DNA of 64,000 nt from NCBI GenBank assembly GCA_963827685.1, contig CAWHBU010000004.1, forward strand, positions 192,001-256,000, in the 5' to 3' direction. The DNA is from an uncultured delta proteobacterium. Its GTDB lineage: Bacteria; Desulfobacterota; BSN033; UBA1163. Below, piece by piece: positions 1 to 10,275 of the stretch (position 1 is the stretch's first letter; each line of letters opens with the position of its first letter). The notes under the pieces are model-generated. The model was not told the origin of the DNA, made no database searches, and saw only the letters and a program-made list of their open reading frames with translations. The position numbers and the translations under genes were made by a program.

Positions 1-91
1 AAAGCCTATTTAGTGGATGAAGATGATCAAAAATAATACATAACGTATCACAAGATGCGACGTAAGATAAAATGACAGGAAGGAGAAGAGA

Positions 92-496
92 ATGCCTTCA
101 ATTAAAGGTATTGCCCACGTGGGAGTCGCTTTAAGTCGTGTGGATGACGCAATTTCATTATTTGAAAATTATTTTGGATCCAAACTGATCCTGAGAACAG
201 GTATCCCTAATCAAAAGCAGAATTCCGCAATGGTTTCTGTAGGCAAAGATATCCTGGAACTAATGGAACCGACAGACGAAGATGCAGTAGTGGCTAAGTT
301 TATTAGGAGTAGAGGAGAGGGGATACACCATATCAGCTTAGAGGTAGAAGGACTTCCAGAATTGGTAACCAAATTAGAGAAGAAGGGCGCCACGGTTATA
401 GGGAAGCAATTAGAAGGCAAGGAAAGAATTGCCTTTTTACATCCCAAGAATACTTTTGGAGTCCTTTTCGAATTAAGAGAAGAAATAAAGGGATGA
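92..496 (+). CDS. mce: methylmalonyl-CoA epimerase (VOC/glyoxalase family)
   Basis: Motifs IAHVGVA, LELMEP, GEGIHHISLEV and AFLHPKNTFGVLFEL are typical of MCE; GGAG RBS upstream. Confidence 0.85.
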   Translation: MPSIKGIAHVGVALSRVDDAISLFENYFGSKLILRTGIPNQKQNSAMVSVGKDILELMEPTDEDAVVAKFIRSRGEGIHHISLEVEGLPELVTKLEKKGATVIGKQLEGKERIAFLHPKNTFGVLFELREEIKG

Positions 497-574
497 GGTG
501 GAAATTATATTTTGAAAAGCGATAATGTCCGCGAGAACTTGGACGTCAAACTCAAGGCGAGGGGGCAAGAAAAG

Positions 575-774
575 ATGAATTATGAATATATCTCCACACT
601 GGCTAATGATATGTTTTCTCTATTATGGACTGATTAATAAGCGGAAATCTCAAAGATTACATAAACGAATTGGCCGAGATTCCCAAGGCAACTATAGCAG
701 CAATTGCAGGTTATGCCTTAAGAGGAGGAATGGAACTATCTCTATGCTGTGAGTTCACAATTGGGGCTGACAAT
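575..774 (+). pseudogene. enoyl-CoA hydratase remnant
   Basis: MNYEYI-type start at 575 and internal crotonase motif PKATIAAIAGYALRGGMELSLCCEFTIG; most of the gene is missing. Confidence 0.65.
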
Positions 775-903
775 GTTACCGCGATCAAAGAGTTCGTTCG
801 ATTAAATAACCAAAATCCAATACCTTTTGTATGGACCAAGAAAGTCAGTCAGATCCTGGAGAAGGTCAATCATTGGAAAGCCGTCACTGAGACACTACAC
901 TAG
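775..903 (+). mobile_element. IS630-family transposase C-terminal remnant and right end
   Basis: AIKEFVRLNNQNPIPFVWTKKVSQILEKVNHWKAVTETLH* matches the IS630 C-terminus (N..PKPFVWT); ends in ...CACTAG as IS630 ends do. Confidence 0.7.
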
Positions 904-912
904 GAGGCGAAA

Positions 913-1764
913 ATGGAAATTAAGAATGTCGGTATTTTGGGATCAGGGACGATGGGGAGTGGGATAGGGCAAGTTACTGCCATGTCAGGCTTCCGGGTTG
1001 TGATAAGAGACTTGAAAGAAGAATTTTTAAATTTAGGTCGATCAAGGGTAGAAGAAAGCCTCAAACGGATGGTCAAGAAAGAAAAGATTAATGAGAATCA
1101 AGCAAAGGAGATTCTAAATAATATCAAATGGACGACAGAAATATCTGATCTTTCCGGAATTGAATTTATTATTGAGGCAATACCAGAGGTGGCGGAACTC
1201 AAGAAAAGCATGTATCAGACTGTGGAAAAAATATTGGCTAAGGATGCTATTATTGCCTCTAACACTTCCTCCATCAGCATCTCATTGTTAAGTTCAGGCG
1301 TTACAAATCCAGGCCGTTTTATTGGAATGCACTGGTTCAATCCGCCAGTGATGATGAAGCTAGTTGAGATTGTGAAGGGAGTTTTGACATCTGAAGAAAC
1401 AGTTCGTGTAACACTGGACCTTTGCAAAAGGATGGGCAAGGAGACAATCGTGTGCCTTGATTCCCAGGGTTTTGTTACAACAAGAATTTTGACGGCCTTC
1501 AGATTGGAATGCTATCGAGTTTATGAAGAGGGGATTGCCAGTAAGGAAGATATTGATAAGGCTTGCCGCCTGGCGTTTGGCCATCCAATGGGCCAATTTG
1601 AACTAGCTGATTTTTCAGGGCTGGATATTGAGGTTAACGGTTTGAGAGGAATGGTGGAGACATATGGTGACAGGTTCAGAGCACCGCAACGTTTGTTAAA
1701 TTTGGTAAGGACGGGAAGAATCGGTCGAAAATCAAAGCACGGTTGGTATGATTATGATGATTAG
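913..1764 (+). CDS. 3-hydroxyacyl-CoA (3-hydroxybutyryl-CoA) dehydrogenase
   Basis: GSGTMGSG Rossmann motif, SNTSS, GMHWFNPP, GHPMG. Confidence 0.92.
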   Translation: MEIKNVGILGSGTMGSGIGQVTAMSGFRVVIRDLKEEFLNLGRSRVEESLKRMVKKEKINENQAKEILNNIKWTTEISDLSGIEFIIEAIPEVAELKKSMYQTVEKILAKDAIIASNTSSISISLLSSGVTNPGRFIGMHWFNPPVMMKLVEIVKGVLTSEETVRVTLDLCKRMGKETIVCLDSQGFVTTRILTAFRLECYRVYEEGIASKEDIDKACRLAFGHPMGQFELADFSGLDIEVNGLRGMVETYGDRFRAPQRLLNLVRTGRIGRKSKHGWYDYDD

Positions 1765-1850
1765 TTGGAAGTAATCTTTAGAAAAAGGGAATTGTTTCCG
1801 AAAATGAGGAATCTTACCTAACCCGTTTGTTAAAAGAGGAGGAAATCAAA

Positions 1851-3272
1851 ATGGCTGGCATTATTTCATATGGGGCTTACATACCTTTATATAGATTAAC
1901 GCGGGCGGAGATTTCTAAAAGCTGGGGCAGGCCACCCTTGCCTGGTGAAAAGGCGGTCGCAAATTTTGACGAGGACAGCTTGACTATGGGTGTAGCTGCA
2001 GCTATGGATTGCACAATGGGGATAGATCGTAAGACTATCGATGGCTTATACTTTGCCTCGACTACTTCACCGTATAAGGAGAAACAGGCCGCTTCTACCA
2101 TAGCAACAGCACTGAATCTGGATAAAAAAGCATTTACAGTAGACTTCTCTGGCTCTCTGAGAAGTGCGACAAATGCAACGAGAGCTGCCTTAGATGCCGT
2201 AGTTGCGGGTTCAGCCAGAAGCGTCTTAGTCTGCGCTTCCGATACCCGTTTGGGGTACCCTAATGGGGATAACGAGACCTCTTTCGGTGATGGAGCTGCT
2301 GCCATTCTTGTAGGCAACACAAGTGTTGTTGCCACAATCGAAGGTAGTTGTACCGTTTACAATGAGATGATGGATGTGTGGAGATCAGATAAGGACGATT
2401 TTGTTCTGGCCTGGGAGGATCGATTTATCTACGAAAAAGGATACACCAAAGTTGTTTCTGAAGCAATTTCCGCTGCCTTGAAGGAGTATAACTTGACCCC
2501 CAAGGACTTCTTTAAGGCTGCTTTGTATGCACCTAATCAACGACAACTTGGTGTAGTGGCCAGAAAGATTGGATTTGATTTGAAAACCCAGATCCAAGAC
2601 GCTTTACTTTCAGAAGTGGGTAATACCGGTACAGCCTTGCCATTGATGTCTTTGGTGGAAGCTTTGGAGGAGGCTAAAGCGGGGGACAGGATACTCCTTG
2701 CTAGCTACGGCGATGGGTGTGACGTTTATATGCTGAAGGTGACCGATGAGATAAAGAACATCAGAAACAGGCGAGGGATAAAGGGACATCTGACGCCAAA
2801 GCAAATGCTGGCTAGTTACCAGAGATACTTGGTTTGGCGTGAGTTGGTTGAAACTGAACCGCCGAGACGCGTACCACTAAATAAACCATCGGCAGTAGCT
2901 TTGTGGAGGGATAATAAGGGAGGGTTAGCCCTCTACGGGGTTAAGTGCAAGCGCTGCGGCACACCACAATACCCTAGTGTGAGAATATGCAGGGTCTGCA
3001 AAGCTAAGGATGAATTTGAAGAATACTGTTTCGCTGACAAAACAGGAAAGATAACTGCTTTTACCAATGACAACCTGGGCGTTTCGCCTGATCCTCCGAT
3101 TAGTGTAGCTGTAATTGATTTCGATGGTGGAGGAAGGATGTTCTGCGACGTGACTGATCGAAGGCCTGAAGATATTAAGGTGGGGACAAGAGTTGAGATG
3201 ACGTTCAGAAAGATTCGGTACGTAGGCGGCATTTACGACTATTGGTGGAAGTGTCGTCCGCCAAGAAGCTGA
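1851..3272 (+). CDS. HMG-CoA synthase/FabH-like protein fused to C-terminal DUF35 Zn-ribbon/OB-fold
   Basis: GIISYGAYIP, DEDSLTM, GDGAAA, GNTG, SYGDG; C-terminal CKRC..CRVC plus OB fold; AGGAGG RBS before ATG 1851. Confidence 0.88.
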   Translation: MAGIISYGAYIPLYRLTRAEISKSWGRPPLPGEKAVANFDEDSLTMGVAAAMDCTMGIDRKTIDGLYFASTTSPYKEKQAASTIATALNLDKKAFTVDFSGSLRSATNATRAALDAVVAGSARSVLVCASDTRLGYPNGDNETSFGDGAAAILVGNTSVVATIEGSCTVYNEMMDVWRSDKDDFVLAWEDRFIYEKGYTKVVSEAISAALKEYNLTPKDFFKAALYAPNQRQLGVVARKIGFDLKTQIQDALLSEVGNTGTALPLMSLVEALEEAKAGDRILLASYGDGCDVYMLKVTDEIKNIRNRRGIKGHLTPKQMLASYQRYLVWRELVETEPPRRVPLNKPSAVALWRDNKGGLALYGVKCKRCGTPQYPSVRICRVCKAKDEFEEYCFADKTGKITAFTNDNLGVSPDPPISVAVIDFDGGGRMFCDVTDRRPEDIKVGTRVEMTFRKIRYVGGIYDYWWKCRPPRS

Positions 3273-3299
3273 AGATAGCCGAGGGAAGGAGTAAGGAAG

Positions 3300-4494
3300 A
3301 TGGGAAGCATTAAGGACAAAGTTGCCATAGTCGGTATGGGCTGTACTAAGTTTGGCGAGAATTGGGATATGAGTCAGGATGATATGATGATTGAGGCCAC
3401 TTATGAGGCCCTTGAGGACGCGGGGATAGAACTAAAAGATATCGAGGCGGCATGGTTAGGAATTTTCTGCCCAAGTTCGCCAACGGGACAGCTACTAGGC
3501 AAGAGCTCTAGGACTCCCCTACATACCTGTCACCAGAGTAGAGAATGCATGTGCCTCGGGTACAGAGGCCATTAGAGGTGCTTGCTATGCCGTGGCTGCC
3601 GGCATATGTAATGTCGCATTGGCTGTGGGTGTTGAAAAGCTGAAGGACAATGGGCTACAGGGACTTCCTGATGCTGATTGGTGGCCGGGTATTGACAATA
3701 CCTATCGAGATGCGAGCGGTAGCGGTCCAGCGCGGTTTGCGATGATGGCTACCACTTATTTCGACAAGTACGGCCTGAGCCCAGAAGAGGGCAAAAGGAT
3801 TTTGGCAATGATTGAGGAGAAAAATCATCGTAACGGGGCTCTTCATCCCAAAGCGCACTTTCAGCACGAAATTACACTAGAACAGATAATCAATGCCCCT
3901 ATAATTGCCTGGCCTCTCGGGATATATGACTGCTGCGGTGTAAGTGATGGCGCAGCAGTAGCTATCGTGACCCGTGCCGATATGGCAAGAAACTTCAGAG
4001 CTGACCCTATTTACGTAAAGGCATTACAGATCTGCGTAGGGTCGAAAGTAGGGGATATGAGTACTGTGTATGACTATGCTCATGTGGAGGAGACCTATCG
4101 TGCTGGTGTAGCGGCCTATGCTGAGGCAGGGATAAAGAAGCCACGTGAAGAAATAAGTATTGCAGAAGTACATGATTGTTTTTCCATCACTGAGTTAGTA
4201 ACTATGGAGGATCTTCAATTTAGCCCGAGAGGAAAGGCTTGTGAGGATGTTAAATCTGGGTTTTTCTCGTTAGAAGGCGGACTTCCAGTTAATACAGATG
4301 GTGGGCTTAAATGTTTTGGCCATCCCATCGGTGCTAGTGGAATTAGAATGCTTTACGAAGTATATAAACAGCTTCAGGGCAAGGCTGGTCGACGTCAGGT
4401 AAAGAATCCTAGACTGGGGCTGACTCACAATCTGGGAGGAGTGCCAGCGTGTGCTACCGCCAGTGTTCTCATTGCTGGTACCGAAAAAAGATAG
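3300..4494 (+). pseudogene. SCP-x/archaeal-type thiolase (acetyl-CoA acyltransferase) with one frameshift near 3498; possibly an assembly error
   Basis: VAIVGMGCTKFGE start; removing one G at 3498-3499 gives ARALGLPYIPVTRVENACASG in frame with the EVHDCF and GHPIGASG motifs. Confidence 0.85.
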
Positions 4495-4728
4495 GAATAA
4501 AATGATTGCCTTCTCTCCGTATCGGGCGGATGGTACCAGCGAGTCGTAGCATGGATACTGACTACTTTGTTGTCAACGCTGTGTGTAAAGAGTTTATGGA
4601 TCCCCAATATAACTCCTTCTATGCTAATAATAAAGATGATCACTGCTGGCTGATTTGGTTGCAAGACGGGTGAGGGATTCCATGAATACAAGTAGTAGAA
4701 AAATCTAAATTATTGAGAGGAGGGAAAG

Positions 4729-5505
4729 ATGCCAGTTCTATACGAGAAGAAAGGCAGGATTGCTTACGTTACGCTTAATCGACCAAAAGTAAATGCTATT
4801 AATTTCGACATGCTTGATGAACTTGACAAGATATGGATTGATTTTAGAGATGATAACAATCTTTGGGTAGCTATTTTAACTGGAGCAGGAAATGTCTTCT
4901 CCGCTGGCTTTGATATTAAGGAAATACTGGAACCCTTGAAGAGAGGTGAATATAGATGGAGAAATTGTGCCACCTTTGGTGATAAGAGTTGTGGCCCTAT
5001 TACTCATTCGGTATGGAAGCCTATTGTTGGCGCTTTAGATGGATTTGTCAATGGTGCAGGTCTTTGGCTTGTTCTGGGATGTGACATAAGGATTGCAACC
5101 AGGGAAGCTCGCTTCGCTTTAGGAGAAGTAAGGCTAAATTTCCCGGTGGAATTTTCCGCACTTATGACCCGCTATATGCCTGAGGCAATTGTCAATGAGC
5201 TGCTTCTAACGGGTAGTACCATCAGTGCTGAGAGAGCTTATGATGTTGGATTCATTAATAAAGTAGTTCCTCGGGAACAACTAGAGCCTGAGGCAACGGC
5301 GATGGCTCATACAATATGCGAAGGTGGCCCTGTAGCAGCGCGGGTAATGAAACAGTTGGTTAAGCAAGGTTGGGATTTAGATTATAATAGTGCTGTGACA
5401 CTTTCGGAGAGTATGATTGTCCCGGTCGTCTTGAATTCCGAGGATACTAAAGAAGGTTGTATGGCCTTTTTAGAGAAGAGAAAGCCCGCCTGGAAAGGCA
5501 AGTAG
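4729..5505 (+). CDS. enoyl-CoA hydratase/isomerase family protein
   Basis: VTLNRPKVNA, FSAGFDI, KPIVGALDG, EDTKEG..AFLEKRKPAWKG. Confidence 0.9.
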   Translation: MPVLYEKKGRIAYVTLNRPKVNAINFDMLDELDKIWIDFRDDNNLWVAILTGAGNVFSAGFDIKEILEPLKRGEYRWRNCATFGDKSCGPITHSVWKPIVGALDGFVNGAGLWLVLGCDIRIATREARFALGEVRLNFPVEFSALMTRYMPEAIVNELLLTGSTISAERAYDVGFINKVVPREQLEPEATAMAHTICEGGPVAARVMKQLVKQGWDLDYNSAVTLSESMIVPVVLNSEDTKEGCMAFLEKRKPAWKGK

Positions 5506-5550
5506 ACTTACAGAAAGGGTCTTTCATAAACCGGAAAGGAGGTTATGTGA

Positions 5551-6360
5551 ATGATTAGTTCAGCATTTGATCTAACAGGCAAAAAAGCGATTGTCACGGG
5601 GGGGGGGACCGGCATAGGCAGAGGCATAGCATTAGAGTTGGCCAAGGCTGGGGTTGATGTAACCATTGCTAGCCGCAATATGGACCATTTGGCACCGACA
5701 GCTAAGGAAATACAGTCTCTGGGGAGGAGGGCGCTGGCTATTTCAACTGATGTTCGTATTGAAGAAATGGTAAAGAAGATGGTAGCAAAGACTATAGAGG
5801 AGTTCGGCTATATTGATATTCTGGTCAATAATAGTGGAACCGGTTTCGAGGTTCCTCTGGAAAAAATGAGTCTAAGGGCTTGGAATGCTATCATAGAGAT
5901 TGATCTTACAGGCACATATTTGTGCTCTCGTCTCGTTGGAGAACATATGATCGAACGAAGGAGCGGAGTTGTCATCAACATTGCCTCAATTGCGGGCAGG
6001 AGAGGAATACCTCTTGAGTGCCATTACGGCGCAGCGAAGGCTGGTATCATAAACCTTACAAGTAGCCTAGCTGCAGAATGGGGTAGATATAATATAAGAG
6101 TGAACTGTATCGGCCCTGGGCCTATACTTACCGACGCGCCGAAGAAACTTTTTAGGGAACATGGTATCAGCGATGAAGCTGAGATGATAAAATTATGGGG
6201 GTCAGAGTGTGCATTAGGTCACTGCGGAATGCCAGAAGACGTTGGTTACGCAGTTGTTTTCTTAGCCTCTGACGCAGCTCGATTCATTAGCGGGGCTACA
6301 CTCTATATCGATGGTTGCCATGGGCTGAGGCCGGCTAGGCCTGGGCTTAGAGCCATCTAA
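5551..6360 (+). CDS. SDR family oxidoreductase (2,4-dienoyl-CoA reductase-like)
   Basis: TGGGTGIG, LVNNSG, YGAAK, IRVNCIGPG. Confidence 0.88.
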   Translation: MISSAFDLTGKKAIVTGGGTGIGRGIALELAKAGVDVTIASRNMDHLAPTAKEIQSLGRRALAISTDVRIEEMVKKMVAKTIEEFGYIDILVNNSGTGFEVPLEKMSLRAWNAIIEIDLTGTYLCSRLVGEHMIERRSGVVINIASIAGRRGIPLECHYGAAKAGIINLTSSLAAEWGRYNIRVNCIGPGPILTDAPKKLFREHGISDEAEMIKLWGSECALGHCGMPEDVGYAVVFLASDAARFISGATLYIDGCHGLRPARPGLRAI

Positions 6361-6531
6361 GTCTTAACAGTTAGGTTTGATAAGAAAATAAAAAACTTCG
6401 GAGAATGCCGTTACTTGCCCGATAGATTAGTAGGAGGCTTTGACAGCGGGGTCTTTGTTTTTTAGTGCGTTTGAACTGATAAATTGCCAAGGTTAATAAA
6501 TGACATTGGGAAAGGTTGGAAGACGATTCTT

Positions 6532-6675
6532 AAGCCAAACGGATGGGATTGTGCGCCAGGTTGCCTTAATGGATATTAAAAGCTTGTTAAAATATTGTCA
6601 CCAGAAATCAAAATCTAATTGTCAAAGTGTCTTGCTAGAAGCGATGGCTTCTGTGAAGTTACAGTAGAGACTTAA
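6532..6675 (+). pseudogene. degenerate ATC-hydrolase/V4R-like gene remnant
   Basis: KPNGWDCAPGCLNGY*KLVKILSPEIKI*LSKCLARSDGFCEVTVET*; the C-terminal KCL..GD..CE motif resembles the 59421-60508 product; two in-frame stops. Confidence 0.5.
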
Positions 6676-6906
6676 GCAGTCTTGAAAAGTCATCTGGCAA
6701 AGTTGTCAGCAATTTTATGTCCTTGAGTTTTGCATGCACGGCTAGAAGCAGCGCATTATATAGACAGAGAACTCTTCTCCTGTGAGATGACACTCAATGA
6801 GGACAATAAACTCTATGATTCAGTATACTAGCGGAGTTATTGGAACCTTGACGACTGATGAAGAATTTTGCACATAGCACGGATTACAATAAAGGAGGAT
6901 TCTTAG

Positions 6907-8403
6907 ATGGCAATTAGAACACCGCAACAATACATTGAAAGTCTGAAGGACGGTCGCGTCGTTTACTGCTCAGGAGAGAGCATCAAGGATGTCACGAAGC
7001 ATCCCATTCTAAAGATTTGCAGGGATTGGGTGGCTACGGATTACGTCCTTCAAAATGATCCCCGCTACAGGGATCTCATAACAGAGAAGAATGAAGAGGG
7101 TGAGCGGGTGAGTTTTGCGTTGATGCCTCAAAGAAGCAGGGAAGATTTGCTCAGATTGAGAGAGATAGTTAAACTCTGGGCAAGAGTTTGTTTCGGCAAA
7201 CCCCCAGGAGCTAAATTTGTCGCAAAAGACGGGTTGAATGCACTTACTGTGGTTAGCCAAAGAATTGATAAAAAATACGGCACGAATTACGCCGAAAACG
7301 TCGAGGCTTATCGGAAACATTTGCAAAAGAACGATTTGGCCTTTGCCATGGGGCTTACCGATGTTAAAGGAGACAGAAGTTTACGGCCCTCACAGCAAAA
7401 GACTCACCAGGATTATTATGTCAGAATCGTTGAAGAGAGAAAGGATGGCATCATTGTGAGAGGGGCCAAGACCCATATCAGCCAGGCACCGCTTTGCAAC
7501 GAGATACTAATAGCCCCGTGCCGTGCCATGAGAGAGGATGACAAGGTTTATGCTGTGTCTTTCGCAGTTCCGGTCAATAGTTCGGGGATTACAATGATTT
7601 CTGCTGAGCCGGAAGTGCATGAGGCCCACAACCTTTTTGACCATCCCATCGCTGGGTCGGTCTATATCAATGACGCTACAATCATCCTTGAGGACGTCTT
7701 TGTGCCAAATGAAAAGATATTCTTAAAAGGGGAATGGGATTTTGCAGGACAGGTAGCCTGTATGTTTGCAAATTTCCATCGCCTCAGCGCTGAGACCTAT
7801 AAAGCCATGGAACTTGAACTCTTTACCGGAGCTGCCGCACTGATGGCTGAATACAATGGGGTGGAGAAGGTCCCTCATATCCGAGAAAAGCTTACTTGGC
7901 TGGTGATGTACACGGAGGCAGTTGAGGTCATTGGCAAATCCGCATGCGAACATTGTATTTCAGAGCCGGATTCAGATTTGGTCTATCCCAATCCTATGTA
8001 TGCCAATATCTGCAAATTTTACTTTGCCGACAATTGGCATCAAGCAACAAGATATATCCAGGATATCGCGGGCGGTATCACGGTCACCTGTCCTTCTGGA
8101 AAAGATTTCATGAACCCTGAAACCCATGAGTTATTGGATAAGTACCTCGGAGGGAAACAAGGCATCCCGACAGAGCATCGGCTTCGCATGGCTAAATTAA
8201 TACGGGACCTCACCTCTTCATATGAAGATGTGCTCACGATTCATGCGGAAGGCTCACTCGAAGCTCAGAAGCTATCCATCTATGCATTGGCCGATTTTGA
8301 TCGCTACAAGGCGGCAGCGAAGCGGGCGGCGCGAATTCAGGATGGCTCAAAGCACAGTATCTATAGCCAATTGCCAGACTTTCCACCTGAATTCTTATAC
8401 TAG
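6907..8403 (+). CDS. 4-hydroxyphenylacetate 3-hydroxylase / 4-hydroxybutyryl-CoA dehydratase family protein
   Basis: RTPQQYIESLKDGR, TDVKGDRSLRPSQQ, GIIVRGAKTH, HAEGSLEAQK. Confidence 0.88.
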   Translation: MAIRTPQQYIESLKDGRVVYCSGESIKDVTKHPILKICRDWVATDYVLQNDPRYRDLITEKNEEGERVSFALMPQRSREDLLRLREIVKLWARVCFGKPPGAKFVAKDGLNALTVVSQRIDKKYGTNYAENVEAYRKHLQKNDLAFAMGLTDVKGDRSLRPSQQKTHQDYYVRIVEERKDGIIVRGAKTHISQAPLCNEILIAPCRAMREDDKVYAVSFAVPVNSSGITMISAEPEVHEAHNLFDHPIAGSVYINDATIILEDVFVPNEKIFLKGEWDFAGQVACMFANFHRLSAETYKAMELELFTGAAALMAEYNGVEKVPHIREKLTWLVMYTEAVEVIGKSACEHCISEPDSDLVYPNPMYANICKFYFADNWHQATRYIQDIAGGITVTCPSGKDFMNPETHELLDKYLGGKQGIPTEHRLRMAKLIRDLTSSYEDVLTIHAEGSLEAQKLSIYALADFDRYKAAAKRAARIQDGSKHSIYSQLPDFPPEFLY

Positions 8404-8561
8404 CGGGTGAGATTTCTTAAGGTAGGTCGAATGCCCCCTCTAAACACGAACTCCCCAAAAGTGCAGCGGGAAAAATACTAAGGAGGATCTTAGCAGAGGG
8501 GAAGAAATCGGCCACGGAAGGTGATAATAAATCGAAATGATTGCGGAAAGGAATTCAAAAC

Positions 8562-9750
8562 GTGAATGAAAGAGATTCTATAATTGTTTCTGCTGTGAGA
8601 ACCCCGATCGGCACCTTTGGAGGTTCGCTCAGGGATATCCCACATGAAGGATTGGCGGCTGCCGTCATGGGAGAAGTTTGTAATAGGGCTAGCTTCCCGA
8701 GAGAAGAGCTTGATGACATCTATTGGGGTGTGGTTATGGTTCGGAGTGACGAAAATGGCCTCGCACGTTCCGCAGCTTTAACTGCAGGAATACCAGACCA
8801 TGCCTCTGCCGTACAGGTCAATCGGGCTTGCTGCTCATCTATGGAGGCTATCAGGATTGGGTCCATGGCCATCCGCCTAGGGGAGGCAAACGCGATTATT
8901 GCCGGAGGCGGAGAAAGTATGAGCAACGTCCCCTATTCAATTAAGAACGGAAGATGGGGGTTGAGGCTTCGTCATCAAGAACTGACTGACGGTGTATGGG
9001 ACGGACTCACTGATCACCATACAGGTCTTATCATGGGGATGACTGCAGAGAATGTTGCAGAAAAATATAATATTTCGAGGGAGGATCAGGATAAGTTTTC
9101 CTACGAAAGTCAGATGCGGACCAAAAAGGCAATTGAGGAGGGAAGGTTTAAGGATGAAATCGTACCGATTAAGGTACCTGGAGAGAAAAAAGGGGAATTC
9201 AAGATGCTAGACACGGATGAATATCCGAGGCCAGGGACGACATTGGAAGGGCTGGGGCAAATTACCTCCCGCGTTCAAGAAAGAGGGTACGGTTACGGCA
9301 GGGAATTCATCTGGGATAAACGATGGAGCCTCTGCTATCTTGGTTTTATCCAGAAAAGTTGCGGACAGGTTTAATATCAAGAGAAAGTGGAGAGTTGTGG
9401 GTTCAGCAGCAATGGGTGTGGATCCTAGAATTATGGGGATTGGACCGATCCCGGCAATTAAAAAGCTTTTAAAACTGACTGGATATGATCTCAAGAAAAT
9501 AGAATTGTTCGAGATAAATGAAGCGTTCGCTGCACCCTCGATAGCTGTTGAGCGAGAACTTGGGTTGAATCATGCAATTGTAAATGTAAATGGTGGTGGA
9601 ATTGCCTTAGGTCACCCAATCGGGAATTCAGGTTGTGGTATCGTGGTGAGTTTGATCCATGAAATGGAAAAACGTGGGGTGAGACTTGGGCTTGCTGCTT
9701 TATGTGGTTGTGGCGGACACGGTCAAGCCATCCTCCTTGAACGAATTTAG
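8562..9750 (+). pseudogene. acetyl-CoA C-acetyltransferase (thiolase) with one frameshift in GGGG 9254-9257; possibly an assembly error
   Basis: SAVRTPIG, VNRACCS, GGESMS; removing one G gives [24 protein letters not shown], then NEAFA, GHPIG, LCGCGG. Confidence 0.88.
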
Positions 9751-10019
9751 TTCTTCTATTCCCCCCTGAAGTCTTCTTATTAATCGATGTTCTGTAAGAA
9801 TCATTTGTGCACATCTAGGGAAAAGCCGACAAGTTGTAGAATATGTCAAACAATTTATCAAGAAAAATGTTGGGTGGAGCTTTAAATGCAACGAAAATAT
9901 CAAAAGAATTTTCCCGGGAGATAGACAGATACGCGTAAGAGTATCTATATGTTGGTGGAAGAATTTATTACCACGCGGCCCTAATGATACCCCGGATGGG
10001 GTAAAGAATCAGATAAAGG

Positions 10020-10103
10020 TGTAACCAAATTGTAACCGTCTTAACCTAAAATAATCCAAGATAACCAAAGTTATTCCAACATGGGTTTTGTAAGTGCTTG
10101 ATA
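10020..10103. promoter_or_regulatory. probable att-arm sites and IHF site left of the tRNA-Leu fragment
   Basis: TGTAACC direct repeat at 10020-10026 and 10031-10037; TAAGTGCTTGATA at 10091-10103 matches the IHF consensus WATCAANNNNTTR on the minus strand. Confidence 0.5.
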
Positions 10104-10148
10104 TTTAACACATTGAAAATGATGGGAAATCGCCTGATTTGAGTTATC

Positions 10149-10207
10149 GACTTAAAATCCCTCGGTGGCCCCCCACCGTGCCGGTTCAAGTCCGGCCCTG
10201 GGCACCA
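10149..10207 (+). other. 3' fragment of tRNA-Leu(TAA); probable island attachment junction
   Basis: GACTTAAAATCC anticodon loop, long variable arm, GGTTCAAGTCC T-arm and CCA end; no D-arm or 5' acceptor strand upstream. Confidence 0.85.
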
Positions 10208-10275
10208 TGAAAATAAAGGGTTTTCTTGATATTGCAGGTTTAAGACGCAAGCCCTTTTTTCTTGTATCAACCCAT

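Noticed and set aside
1-36. 3' end of an upstream gene (KAYLVDEDDQK*), perhaps a Liv-type ATPase
   Set aside because: Too short to support a call
10149-10207. Intact or group I intron-split tRNA-Leu(UAA)
   Set aside because: The 5' half is absent, and the fragment includes the whole anticodon loop, whereas the known intron interrupts the anticodon; no intron core is visible upstream
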